A DNA stretch of 29,678 nucleotides from a virus (Duplodnaviria; Caudoviricetes). The DNA lies in IMG/VR virus record IMGVR_UViG_3300031857_000985, positions 1 to 29,678 of that record. The stretch is one strand, 5' to 3'. Numbering within the stretch: the stretch's first letter is position 1; each line of letters starts with the position of its first letter. The position numbers and the translations under genes are program-made. Below, piece by piece: positions 9,098-18,914 of this stretch. The notes beneath the pieces were generated by a model, which made no database searches, was not told the origin of the DNA, and worked only from the letters and a program-made list of their open reading frames with translations.

Positions 9098-11233
9098 TTA
9101 CCAACTACCTGATGTGCCTGAGTTCCAAGTACCGGAAGATGTACCGGAGACACCAGAACTTCCTAAATTACTCATTCTGTTTAAGTAGTTGTTTTGGGAC
9201 TGGTAGCCTTGGTTTCTACTAAAGAGACTTGCCAGACTGCCGAATAGACTATTAAAACCACCACCCCAGTTAGTACCACCACCTGTACCACTAGATAGCA
9301 TTCCAGTTTGAATGCCTGACAGAGCCTGGGATAGGGCAGCCCTCTGTTGAGCTAAGTACGATGCTTGTTGTAAGTCAGTAGCGGACATTGTACTTAGTCT
9401 ATTCTGCTCTGCTGCGTACTTACCCAACTCATAGTTCTTTTGAGTTAACTGACTTCCGTAGTTCACATCTGACTGTGCTTGTAGGTACTCAGCATAGGCT
9501 TGTTGGTTAGCGGAGTTAAGGGCATCATAGTCTTGCTGTCTCATAATGTTAGAGTAGCCAGCGTCTGCATTATACGCACCAGTGGCTACGTCCATATTGT
9601 ACTGGTCACTTGTGTTCTGGAGGTCATACATAGACCGACCTGTTCTGTTAGCTAGGTCATACTGACTTGCTGCATTTTCATTAGATAAGTTATACATAGA
9701 AGCGTCTAAGTTACTACCTAAGTTGTACATAGAAGCATCTAAGTTTCTGCTTAAGTTGTACGCAGAAGTGTCCCGTGTATTTTCTAAGTTATAGTTAGAT
9801 GTGTCGTACGCATTCTCTAAGTTGTACATGGACAGACCATAGTCACGACTTATCTGGTTTCTGGTGTTTACAAAGTCAACGTTCTGTAGTTTGGAGATGG
9901 AGTTATTAATGCCCCCTTGAACAAATGGAACAGTTAGATATGAGAAACTCTCGGCTAAAGATGTGAGCTTCTGTTCAGCGGACAGTTGTGACAGAGCAAC
10001 AGCCCGGCTAACCTCATCTAGCTTACTATCAGAGAGTATAGCTTGTCTCTTTGTAATTAGACCAGCTTTAGATGCCCTAACAGAAGCTAATGCGGAACCG
10101 GTAGAGGCATCTATTAGACCACGAGACACAGCATTCTGAATAGACGCTTGTTGGTTAGCTTCCTGTATTTCGTTAATTTTCTGGTCATTTAAAGCACTAA
10201 TACTATCCGAGCTAGAACTACCTCCCATTATCATCCGTTTAGAAGCCTCAGATAAGGCTTGCTCACTAGATTCACTCAGGGAGTTTAAGTCACTACTCAG
10301 AGACATGAGAGTTTGTGCAACTTGAGCAGACCCTGACTGTTGTGCATCTAGACCACTCTGAGTTAATTGTGTCTCTGCTTGGTCTAGTTCCCCAGACTGT
10401 CTCTCAAGTTCTACAAGTTTCTGTGTCCTGCCTAACTGAGAGTTTCCAGCAGCCGCAGTCATACCTAATGCTCTGCTCTGTTCCCCCATGTCAAACTGTT
10501 GTTTACCGACAGCTTGGTTAAACTGGGACTCCTGTAGGGTCTGGTTGTATGCCGCTTCACCTTGTTGTCTGGTGAACTCTCTTTCTTTCTCAGCATTATC
10601 TAAACCTAACGCTCTCCCCTGTACGGAGGTACTTAAATTTAAGGCTCTCTGTTGTTGGGTAGTATTGTAGTCTAGTTCTTTTTGCTGCTGGTTGGCATTA
10701 TACTGTAAGTCTCTTTGTTGTTGGTTAGCGTTGTATTCTAGTTCTCTTTGTTGGTTCCCATAGTTAAGTCCTTGTGTTCTAGCCTGTTCCTCAGCAAGTA
10801 ACTGAATAGACCTAGCGTCCATCCCTGTCTGCGTCCCGTACATTTGGGATGTGTAAGCTTGCTGCTTCTGGTAGTCCTCGTACTGGTTTTTTACGTTATA
10901 CAGGTATTCTTGGTTCTGTAGGGCTGCCTGGGTATTATTATAGTTATAATTGGCTAAAAGCCCCTGTTGTTCTATCTGTACCTCTTGCTGCTGCCTCATT
11001 AGGTCTAACTGAGACAGTTCGGAGTCGAAATTAGCATTAGCGAAGTTCTTGGCTGTCTCCATCATCTGGAGAGTTAAAGCCTCCTTCTGCTTCTGTCTCT
11101 CCTCTAGGTAGGCTACTTGGTCAAGACTTACTTGCTGCATAGCGTTAGTATTATAGGAAGTACCCCCACTAAAGCTAGATGCAGTGGAGGCAGCAGAGCC
11201 TAAAGCCCCAAATACTACTGGTAAAGCACCCAT
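9098..11233 (-). CDS. Internal virion/DNA-pilot-like ejection protein, Q/N/S-rich coiled coil with 11-residue repeats
   Basis: Lies after the nozzle gene; hydrophobic Gly/Ala N-terminus; hendecad repeats (QQRELEYNANQ, SMYNLGSNLDA); Gly-rich C-terminus; AGGAG RBS. Confidence 0.7.
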   Translation of the reverse strand: MGALPVVFGALGSAASTASSFSGGTSYNTNAMQQVSLDQVAYLEERQKQKEALTLQMMETAKNFANANFDSELSQLDLMRQQQEVQIEQQGLLANYNYNNTQAALQNQEYLYNVKNQYEDYQKQQAYTSQMYGTQTGMDARSIQLLAEEQARTQGLNYGNQQRELEYNANQQQRDLQYNANQQQKELDYNTTQQQRALNLSTSVQGRALGLDNAEKEREFTRQQGEAAYNQTLQESQFNQAVGKQQFDMGEQSRALGMTAAAGNSQLGRTQKLVELERQSGELDQAETQLTQSGLDAQQSGSAQVAQTLMSLSSDLNSLSESSEQALSEASKRMIMGGSSSSDSISALNDQKINEIQEANQQASIQNAVSRGLIDASTGSALASVRASKAGLITKRQAILSDSKLDEVSRAVALSQLSAEQKLTSLAESFSYLTVPFVQGGINNSISKLQNVDFVNTRNQISRDYGLSMYNLENAYDTSNYNLENTRDTSAYNLSRNLDASMYNLGSNLDASMYNLSNENAASQYDLANRTGRSMYDLQNTSDQYNMDVATGAYNADAGYSNIMRQQDYDALNSANQQAYAEYLQAQSDVNYGSQLTQKNYELGKYAAEQNRLSTMSATDLQQASYLAQQRAALSQALSGIQTGMLSSGTGGGTNWGGGFNSLFGSLASLFSRNQGYQSQNNYLNRMSNLGSSGVSGTSSGTWNSGTSGSW

Positions 11234-11324
11234 GACATTTTATCTCCTAGTTCTCTGTATAGTCGGACATTAGGCTGCGTGTTACTTAAAACAAACACAA
11301 AGACAGCATAAATTAACTCTAGCA

Positions 11325-11591
11325 TTAGTTTTCTTCCTCCTTCTTATCCTTATTTAGGATATACTGTATTTTTCTGTGTAGATTCTCAAGCTCTCTCTCA
11401 CATGGTTCAGATATATCCCCGTAAATAGGGATGTCCTTTATCTCTGCTTCACAGTCATCTGATAGGGCTAATCCTTTCTTCCCTTGTCCTACATTTAGTA
11501 GGGTGTCTGATACGGGTAGCCCCAGTGCTGTACCTACAATGAAAAGTATAACAGCTATCCACGAACTAACTCTCTGTAGTTTTTCTCCCAT
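11325..11591 (-). CDS. Small single-TM membrane protein (possibly lysis-related)
   Basis: N-terminal hydrophobic helix WIAVILFIVGTALGLPV and a charged tail; begins 2 nt after the nozzle stop. Function is inferred only. Confidence 0.55.
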   Translation of the reverse strand: MGEKLQRVSSWIAVILFIVGTALGLPVSDTLLNVGQGKKGLALSDDCEAEIKDIPIYGDISEPCERELENLHRKIQYILNKDKKEEEN

Positions 11592-11592
11592 C

Positions 11593-14500
11593 TTAGTACA
11601 AGTCCTGCCAGCTTCTGTGTTTACTGCCTACCCTCCTAGATATTAACTGATACCCTATAAGCTCAAATTCGTGGTATCCGTAAGAAAACACACAAATTTG
11701 TGCTGAATGGTTAACACCAAGAAAAGGTAAGACTATCCTACTCGTTGTGTCTCTCCGTATTTTAGGTAAGGTTAGCGAACCATAGGTATCTACGTTAGTC
11801 GCATTGTCGTACACGAGGTACTGTGTAGATGCGTGTGAACCATCAAAAATTAGTGACAAGTTAGCGTCGTATGTGGTCTTGTACTTATCCACAATTGTAG
11901 AGGCGGCTTGGCTTGCAGCAGTGTTTAAGTCAGAATGAATGAACTGAGAGTTGTCAGGGTTCCTAAAATGTAGAATACAGTGGGAGTACCGTTTACTATG
12001 GTTATCCTGTCTAACCCCGGACATATACGCACGGGTTATTACTGCTGACCTTACCCATACAGGGAACCCAGAACCTAGTAAAACCTTTGAAGCAGCATTA
12101 ATACCAGATATACCAGAGTTCCAGTCCATCCACACGTTGTCCACGTTAGCGTACACAGGGTAAAGAGAGGTTCTAGGGTCTATTGGTCTTGCCTCTTGAG
12201 TACCACCGTTTAAAGTGGAAACAGAGTCAACTACATCGTAAATGTCTATTGTTCTTAGGACATTGGTAGAGTTTACTGTTCTAAGGTCATAATTGTAGAA
12301 CTGTTGGGAAGCATTATAGGGTAGAGCAGCAACAAAACTGGGTATTGGTGAAATAGACGAGTACGACGTTGCGCCGGTCTTACTTACCACAAAGTCTAAC
12401 TTAGCGTACTTAGAGAACTCTACAAGTAAGTGTGTACTACCGGCTGTCCCTAGAAGTAAGTTAGTGCTGGTTATAAAGTCAACGAACACTCTACCCGATG
12501 GGAGACACAGACCCATGGTAGAGAACCAGAAACCATTAGACGTAGCATACTCAGACCATGCTCGTAGTCTCATATCAAAAGTAAGTAGCCTCGTAGCTAC
12601 GTTTGAGCCTTGAGTGCATATACCGACGTAAAGCACTTGGTCTTTATCAACGGTTATCCAATGGTTGCTTGTAGCCTCTAGGCTCATATCATTGAATATC
12701 CGTTTAATCTTACTAGATAAAGGGATAGGTGTGTATCTTCCCGTTGTATCTGTAGATGGAACTAGAAGGTATAAACCAGACTTAGATAGAAACACTATAC
12801 CCGCTTCTGTGGTTGCTACGGTGTTCTGATTAAAACTCCCGATGTCCAGTAACTTTGAAGTTACGTAGCTTGTTGGAGTTACATACCCTGAGTTCTCCGT
12901 TGACGTTACTATATGGACGCTTCTATTTGTGAACACTAGAAGAGTATTTTCCGCAGGTAGTAAAGCTGTTATGTACTCTCCACTATCGGTGCTTATCTGT
13001 ACCTGTAGAGGGTTGAACGCTAAGTTGGGGTCACTGTACCACGTTTGGAAGTTACGGTTTGAAGCAAGCAAGTTACCTCCTACATCCCACTCATACTCAT
13101 AACTTGAGTTAGAGAAGGCAAGTAAGTTAGGGTATTTAGAGAACCCCGATAAAACTATTCTGTTTTGGAAGTAAGATACTAGCCTTCCGAAGTCTCTAGT
13201 GGCGGTATCATCAGAGAATGTTGAAAACTCATAAAGACCACCTACAGGTACTTTAGACTTGTTTCTAAACCTAACTTTCCCGTGGTCAGTATAACCAGTT
13301 CCCCCAGTACCTGCATCATCTACTGTGTTCTCATCTCCAATGTAAGAGTGAGACACAAAAGAAATGTAGTTTGAGAGGGAACCATACCCAGATGGTAAGC
13401 CCAACGGATATGACCCTGTAAAAGCCCAATAGTTATAGTCCGTGGTGTTTGCCTTAGCTGGTGTGAACCACAAAGCATCTACAGAAGCAGCGTAACTTTT
13501 TGTACCTGTAAGCCAGCTGGTAGGGTTGGGTCTATCTGGTGTTTGGGGGATGGTGTAGCCATCAGCATAACTGGTTAGTAATGCTAGGTTTACTTCTTCA
13601 CTTGTGTAGGGGTTAAAAGTACACCTTACATCCCTGGAGTCCATTAGACCAGCGTTGTTGTGTAACCAATTTCGGTAGTGCCTGTGAAGATAGAAAGTAT
13701 TAGACGACAGCGAAGACAAGTCTCTTGGAATAACATAGGTATCACCAACTGGGAACCATTTTTCCTCTATAGGGTCAGTAATAGTCTCTGTGTATATCTG
13801 AGTTTCGGATACTGTAAAGATGCACTCAGTAGCACCAACGCCAGTATCTGGAAATTGGCTAAAAGGGGCGAACCATTGTTGAGTGGCTTCGGTATCGTTA
13901 GTTCTTGATAAGGAGAAAGGACTGTACCTAAACGCCCCAGAAACCCCGGCGTTAAGTCGTCTATCCTCAGCAGCATTTCTACCCTGTTCATCTGGAACCA
14001 GTATAGCGTAAGAATCAGGAGAGAGTAGGAGAGGTTGAGTTGCTTGACTTGCATCTATCATAATGCTCTCAGTCCACATTACCCAGCCGAACCGGAGAAC
14101 GGTGTATGAGCCAGCAGGTAGATTACCATAAGCACCCGTTGACATGACAGACCTAAAACCACTAGAGAACGTAACTGTGTTCGTGGTTGTTGACTTAGTG
14201 TTCGCTCTATACACTACCCAGTTCTCTTCATCTGTAACATAGTTAGGTATAAATAGGATGGTTTCTACATCTACAGTATTAGACCTACCCGCATCCAGTA
14301 GTAAAAAGGTGGGTATTTCAGCAAAGGGTTTGTCTTCTATAGCTACACTTGATGTAGGTGAAGACACAGTTATAGTTTTAGTATAGACTACACACTCAAC
14401 TACTGTATTGTTTCCCGTAGCTATAAGCACTCTAGGTATAGCGGAAGGCACTACAGTAAAACTAGGTTTTAAAGTAGCATCTGCTGTCCATACGTCTTCA

Positions 14501-14889
14501 AAAACTAGACGTGGATATGTTAGGTTATTTCTACCCATCTTCTCATGGAAACACACAAGCTCACAGAGTAAGTCTCTACCAGCCTTACCTACTATAATTG
14601 TGTGTCCATTAGATATATTTAGACTTACTAAACCATTACCTTTAGGGGCAGCGGCAGTATTACTATACAGAGACTCATCTCTAATTATAGTTCCGGGACG
14701 CTTAGTTAGAGTACCTGCTGGGCTTATCTGAATATTTAACATATCAGGGGAGTCTCCAGTAGGCATACCCATAGGGTTAGACTCTGTGTTTAGTCCCCCG
14801 ATAACTGTAGTCACTAAGTCACCATTATCAGACTCACTAGCAGGGTTGACTAGACCATAATAGTCATTTGTGTTATTACCTGCGACCAT
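11593..14889 (-). CDS. Tail nozzle (tail tubular protein B-like)
   Basis: 1098 aa, beta-rich; GGLNT...DMLNI...GTLTKRPG N-terminal motif and YFQNRIVLSG propeller-type motif typical of podovirus nozzles; follows the adaptor gene. Confidence 0.8.
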   Translation of the reverse strand: MVAGNNTNDYYGLVNPASESDNGDLVTTVIGGLNTESNPMGMPTGDSPDMLNIQISPAGTLTKRPGTIIRDESLYSNTAAAPKGNGLVSLNISNGHTIIVGKAGRDLLCELVCFHEKMGRNNLTYPRLVFEDVWTADATLKPSFTVVPSAIPRVLIATGNNTVVECVVYTKTITVSSPTSSVAIEDKPFAEIPTFLLLDAGRSNTVDVETILFIPNYVTDEENWVVYRANTKSTTTNTVTFSSGFRSVMSTGAYGNLPAGSYTVLRFGWVMWTESIMIDASQATQPLLLSPDSYAILVPDEQGRNAAEDRRLNAGVSGAFRYSPFSLSRTNDTEATQQWFAPFSQFPDTGVGATECIFTVSETQIYTETITDPIEEKWFPVGDTYVIPRDLSSLSSNTFYLHRHYRNWLHNNAGLMDSRDVRCTFNPYTSEEVNLALLTSYADGYTIPQTPDRPNPTSWLTGTKSYAASVDALWFTPAKANTTDYNYWAFTGSYPLGLPSGYGSLSNYISFVSHSYIGDENTVDDAGTGGTGYTDHGKVRFRNKSKVPVGGLYEFSTFSDDTATRDFGRLVSYFQNRIVLSGFSKYPNLLAFSNSSYEYEWDVGGNLLASNRNFQTWYSDPNLAFNPLQVQISTDSGEYITALLPAENTLLVFTNRSVHIVTSTENSGYVTPTSYVTSKLLDIGSFNQNTVATTEAGIVFLSKSGLYLLVPSTDTTGRYTPIPLSSKIKRIFNDMSLEATSNHWITVDKDQVLYVGICTQGSNVATRLLTFDMRLRAWSEYATSNGFWFSTMGLCLPSGRVFVDFITSTNLLLGTAGSTHLLVEFSKYAKLDFVVSKTGATSYSSISPIPSFVAALPYNASQQFYNYDLRTVNSTNVLRTIDIYDVVDSVSTLNGGTQEARPIDPRTSLYPVYANVDNVWMDWNSGISGINAASKVLLGSGFPVWVRSAVITRAYMSGVRQDNHSKRYSHCILHFRNPDNSQFIHSDLNTAASQAASTIVDKYKTTYDANLSLIFDGSHASTQYLVYDNATNVDTYGSLTLPKIRRDTTSRIVLPFLGVNHSAQICVFSYGYHEFELIGYQLISRRVGSKHRSWQDLY

Positions 14890-15598
14890 AGTTAATACCT
14901 CTATTTCTAGTTCTGTTGTTCCGGTACATTGTGTACCCTGTGTCTCCTATTTGGTTGTTGTTTCTGCTTATATCTTTAAAGAGGTTAGTGTATCTCATCA
15001 TTAGGCTCTGAAACATAGTGCTGTCCTGAATGTGAGACATGGATAGATTAGCTGCTGCTTTCAACTCTAAGAGGTCTGTAAAGAAGTCAGGAGTTGACCA
15101 GTTGGTACTATCAGCTGCCGGTAAAGACGGGAACACAAACACATCAAAGATAACTTTAGCTCTCTCACCAGCACTGGTAGGGTACGGGTTGACCTTAACT
15201 TTGTGGTAGTCATCTTTAGTCCAGACACTGGGACGGTTACTCGTGTCTGAGTAAGGGTACAGGTAGAAGCTATCAAACTCTTGTGGGGTCACGTAGTCTA
15301 GAGACACAGTGGGGTAGTCAAAGGCTGTTTCTGCTGTCCCGGTAGGAGATGTGTACCAGTAAACACCAAGTATCTGATACACACTAGACGACAGGGTAGC
15401 AGTACAGGTTGTCCATGTAGAACTTGTAGCCCGTTCCCGTAAGCATTCCCATTTGGCAGCCTGACAGACCTCAGATATAGCCTGGGTTATGCACTGCTTT
15501 GTTAGGCTACCTAAGATACCTGTGGCTGTACTGGTTAAAGACCTTTCCCCAACTAGGTTTAGGACATTGTTTATAGAGGTTAGTAAAGTTCTAGACAT
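14876..15598 (-). CDS. Head-tail adaptor (tail tubular protein A-like)
   Basis: 240 aa; starts LLTSINNVLNLVGE as in T7 gp11-like adaptors; PDFFTDLL-type C-terminal helix; overlaps the nozzle start. Confidence 0.8.
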   Translation of the reverse strand: MSRTLLTSINNVLNLVGERSLTSTATGILGSLTKQCITQAISEVCQAAKWECLRERATSSTWTTCTATLSSSVYQILGVYWYTSPTGTAETAFDYPTVSLDYVTPQEFDSFYLYPYSDTSNRPSVWTKDDYHKVKVNPYPTSAGERAKVIFDVFVFPSLPAADSTNWSTPDFFTDLLELKAAANLSMSHIQDSTMFQSLMMRYTNLFKDISRNNNQIGDTGYTMYRNNRTRNRGINYGRR

Positions 15599-16493
15599 AG
15601 TTTACATTCCCGTACTGTGAACTTGAGAGACAATTACCAGCGTAGAGGGATAGACCAACGTCACCAATGTCCCTTAGCCACCAGACAGCCTCTTGGAATG
15701 AGTGGTTCGCACTAGTAAACCTCCCAGTACCACCTATAAGTAACGACCCAAGAGCACCGGTTGGTGTGTAAACTACGTCCGTAGATAGGTGTGTAACCCC
15801 GTTAAACCTAACTCTGGTTGTGGCAGGACTACCACCTGTAGCAGACCATCCAGTGACGTAACTTGTGTTTGTCGTTGGTGCGACTCCAGTAACAAAGTTA
15901 GTTATAACGGGAGTTGCGTCGAACACTTCTGGGTCATACCCTAGATTAGGGAAGTAAACCCCAGAGACTGAACCCCCATTCGCATATACAGTTCGGAGTA
16001 CGGTTGTAGGTGCTGATGCGCCAAAACATCCACTTACACAACAAATAGACATAGCTGTTGTCTCTATTGGGATAATACTAAAACGAACATAATTCCCGTT
16101 ATTGGCTAGAGGAGCGGTGATAGGTCTATTGTTTATTGTAGCCACCCAGTCTCGTGTAGAACCATCCCAAATTTTATACTGTAGATTAGCGGTGAACTGT
16201 GGTATATTGTAACCATTACCTGACTGGTCATAAAAAGACACAACAAAACCATCATTTGTCGTACAATGTGCATCTACAGCAGACTTGTCTATCCAGTTAC
16301 CAGAGAAGGGAATCTCAGCCTCCGCATTATCATTAGCCCGTCTAATACGCATACAGAAACCAGTGTAAGCACTTCTAAGTTTTCTTAGGGAGTATGCTGC
16401 AAATGCCCCAGTTAAACCTTCGGTGTCCAGAAGGTACTGGGCTGCCGAGTTTTGAGTTATGCCAGACTCACCAATTTTTCTCAGGGTTTTCAT
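15591..16493 (-). CDS. Putative fibre/receptor-binding protein with a ConA-like (GH54 arabinofuranosidase-B N-terminal-like) domain
   Basis: AAYSLRKL...YTG..MRIRR..DNAE..I.F and GFVVSFYDQSGNG motifs, characteristic of ArabFuran-catal-like/LamG-like phage structural domains. Confidence 0.65.
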   Translation of the reverse strand: MKTLRKIGESGITQNSAAQYLLDTEGLTGAFAAYSLRKLRSAYTGFCMRIRRANDNAEAEIPFSGNWIDKSAVDAHCTTNDGFVVSFYDQSGNGYNIPQFTANLQYKIWDGSTRDWVATINNRPITAPLANNGNYVRFSIIPIETTAMSICCVSGCFGASAPTTVLRTVYANGGSVSGVYFPNLGYDPEVFDATPVITNFVTGVAPTTNTSYVTGWSATGGSPATTRVRFNGVTHLSTDVVYTPTGALGSLLIGGTGRFTSANHSFQEAVWWLRDIGDVGLSLYAGNCLSSSQYGNVNYV

Positions 16494-16930
16494 TGAGGAG
16501 CTTCTCCTACTTCTACTGGATATACAAACGTGTCATCGGTAAAATCAAGCTGCTCTGTAAAAACCTTACCATCAGAGGCACTGTTTAAAGCCGCATAGAG
16601 GGTTTTTAAAGTTATTGAAGGGCTATCATCCACAAGTCTAGCCAAGCCAGCATACGCAGGTCTAACTTTACTAAGAGCCACTGTATCTGCTTTACTGAGT
16701 TTGATAATTGTTTTGTCCCACATATCAGAAGGGATAAAAGCAGTCTTCTTGTCTGGTGTAGTACAAAATAGTAACTTAGTTACTCTTTCTTCTCTTGGTA
16801 CACCTGATACCCAGTCCATGCACAGCATAGAGAGTTCCCGCATATCAGCAACCTCAGAGGTTACTTTCATCATAAACATAGGACACTCACCCCAAGTATC
16901 TAAACCACTGGTATTGTAAGACAGCCCCAC
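16490..16930 (-). CDS. Hypothetical protein in the structural module (true start may be a downstream Met)
   Basis: Stop overlaps the next start (ATGA); 44-nt overlap with the upstream gene as called. Confidence 0.6.
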   Translation of the reverse strand: MGLSYNTSGLDTWGECPMFMMKVTSEVADMRELSMLCMDWVSGVPREERVTKLLFCTTPDKKTAFIPSDMWDKTIIKLSKADTVALSKVRPAYAGLARLVDDSPSITLKTLYAALNSASDGKVFTEQLDFTDDTFVYPVEVGEAPQ

Positions 16931-17186
16931 TAACTAACCATACCTTAATGTCTAGTTCAGTAAGGTCTATCCTTAATTCGTAACTACTAGCGTAAAGCCT
17001 AAACCCAGTATCGGCATCGGGGTTACTTTCGTCTAGCGTGTAGAGGAGTATAGCCGAGCCAACGTTTTGAATAATTATCCCGTCAGCACCGGAAGGTCTG
17101 GTTAGTGTCTGAACAGAACCAGAAGTTGTGAGTTCTGAATGTGCGCCAATGGGATAAAGTCCATGCTGAAAATTACGTCTATTCAT
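16887..17186 (-). CDS. Small beta-rich structural protein
   Basis: 99 aa with an alternating beta pattern (GIIIQNVG..LLYTLD...GFRL); co-oriented within the virion operon. Confidence 0.65.
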   Translation of the reverse strand: MNRRNFQHGLYPIGAHSELTTSGSVQTLTRPSGADGIIIQNVGSAILLYTLDESNPDADTGFRLYASSYELRIDLTELDIKVWLVSGAVLQYQWFRYLG

Positions 17187-17194
17187 AGTAAGAT

Positions 17195-17215
17195 GGAGAG
17201 GTGTTTATCCTCTCC
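17195..17215 (-). terminator. Intergenic hairpin after the capsid/cement genes (possible attenuating terminator)
   Basis: Perfect 7-bp stem GGAGAGG-N7-CCTCTCC in a 36-nt gap; weak U-tract. Confidence 0.4.
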
Positions 17216-17222
17216 GATAGGT

Positions 17223-17657
17223 TTACACTACGTTAATTTCTTGAACCCCTCGTAAACCGAACTCATGCACGACAATAGTGCTTGCTGCTGTGGCAAGAGT
17301 ACCCGTGGTTACAACCAGTGTCTCACCCCCAGCTACGGGGAGAAGCTCTGAGTGGTAAGCACCACCAGCAGCTAACGGGGGGAGAGGAATACCAACGGTA
17401 TCAGTAGCTTGAACTGCCACACTAGACCGAGTTATAGTACCCGTAGTTGAGAACATGGATACTAGAACAAAGCAGGTCTTAGCATTAAGAGTTACAGTAA
17501 AGGTGTCTGTACTGGTAGCAGCAGTATTACCTGAATTAACGATAAACGGTACAGCGGTAAAATTACTAGAGCCTAGTTGTCCAATTCGGGGTCTGTTGTT
17601 TTTTTGTCTGTTTTCGGAACCTAATAGGTTCAGTTTAGTGACTGTGATAGCAGCCAT
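17223..17657 (-). CDS. Putative capsid cement/decoration protein
   Basis: 144 aa, T/A/V/G-rich beta composition, two genes downstream of the major capsid gene; GGAGGG RBS. Confidence 0.6.
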   Translation of the reverse strand: MAAITVTKLNLLGSENRQKNNRPRIGQLGSSNFTAVPFIVNSGNTAATSTDTFTVTLNAKTCFVLVSMFSTTGTITRSSVAVQATDTVGIPLPPLAAGGAYHSELLPVAGGETLVVTTGTLATAASTIVVHEFGLRGVQEINVV

Positions 17658-17660
17658 GGT

Positions 17661-17864
17661 TTAATTCCCTCCTTTAGCTTGAATTTCTGCTTTTAGTTTA
17701 GTGAACTCATCTGTTATGTAAGTCTTAAGTTCTGCCTCAAGATTAGCTAGTCGCTTACTAAGTTCAACTTCATTAACCCCTACTTCTACACGAACAGATG
17801 TATTAGAAGTAGGAGTGTTACTTCTGCTTCGTTGTCCTTCTCGTAACTGGAATGACTTTGGCAT
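17661..17864 (-). CDS. Small coiled-coil hypothetical protein
   Basis: AGGAG RBS; fills the gap between MCP and the cement-like gene; heptad pattern LSKRLANLEAELK. Confidence 0.65.
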   Translation of the reverse strand: MPKSFQLREGQRSRSNTPTSNTSVRVEVGVNEVELSKRLANLEAELKTYITDEFTKLKAEIQAKGGN

Positions 17865-17887
17865 TCTTTTACTCCTACGTATCTACC

Positions 17888-18898
17888 CTACACAGCACCA
17901 GTCTCGTCAGTGTTTATGATGACTGCGTGGTCTGGACGGAACACTTTAACGTCGTAAATTTGGGTTAGTACAACGTGGTGTTCTTGGTAGTCAACAGACC
18001 ACTCGTAGTCAACGGAAGGAGTTTTCTGGATAGCCATCTTACACCAGTCTTTGTGGGCTAAGATAGCTGTGTGATAGCCCGCTGTTAAAGCAGAAGCTGT
18101 AACGCTACTACCAGAACGTAACTCAGGGTTCTGCGTGGGGAAGTAGGGTGCAGTGGACATACCAGGGGTGGGAGAAGCTAAACCATTCTCACCGTTGGTG
18201 TAACCAGTTGTACTGTTTAAACCAATGTTTGTGGACATCTTCATAGAGATACCCAGAGGAGAGAGAGGTTGCCCACTCTCAATAGAACCACCTTTAGTGA
18301 AGTCTTTGTTGGATAACAGGGGGTCACTAATTAAGGAAGTCCACTGTAGGGGAGACATCAGCAGAACGAGTTCATTAGTATTGATGTTATTCTGTAAAAG
18401 AATTTCGTAAGCAGATAGAATGTCTGAGAACGATAGAGGAACAGAAGAAGTTACAACGTTAGAACCACTATTAAACCCATTGATGGTTGCCCGTTCAGCT
18501 AAGACAGCATTGTCTAAGTCACGAGCTAAAGCATAACCGGCTTCACGAGTGTATTCGGCACGGAGGTTAACGTTAGCTTGAATTTCTAAGAGTTTATCAA
18601 TAGCGAACGCAACGTCTTTGTACCGTCGAACTACCATAGACCAACGTTTTTCAGAGAGTGCCTGGTAGGTGACGGGGTTTCCGGGGGTCTTACTCTCCAC
18701 AGCTAACCGACTGATAAAGGGCATATAAATCGTGTCCCCTTTATTACCAGCAAAGTTTATCATACTAACTAACTCTTTAGCTGCAAAGTTAGCGTCTCGG
18801 TAACGGATAACGTCTGTTGACCATACCTCTGGGATAAACACACCAGAAGTAGCATTAGTGAAGGGTGCGCCTTGAGGGGCTGAACCATATAAACCCAT
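17888..18898 (-). CDS. Major capsid protein (HK97 fold)
   Basis: 336 aa; FIPEVWS N-terminal motif, GDTIYMP, EAGYALARDLD, YDVKVFRPDHAVII C-terminus; follows the scaffold gene; AGGAG RBS. Confidence 0.92.
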   Translation of the reverse strand: MGLYGSAPQGAPFTNATSGVFIPEVWSTDVIRYRDANFAAKELVSMINFAGNKGDTIYMPFISRLAVESKTPGNPVTYQALSEKRWSMVVRRYKDVAFAIDKLLEIQANVNLRAEYTREAGYALARDLDNAVLAERATINGFNSGSNVVTSSVPLSFSDILSAYEILLQNNINTNELVLLMSPLQWTSLISDPLLSNKDFTKGGSIESGQPLSPLGISMKMSTNIGLNSTTGYTNGENGLASPTPGMSTAPYFPTQNPELRSGSSVTASALTAGYHTAILAHKDWCKMAIQKTPSVDYEWSVDYQEHHVVLTQIYDVKVFRPDHAVIINTDETGAV

Positions 18899-18914
18899 AA
18901 TTGTCTCCTAAGAA

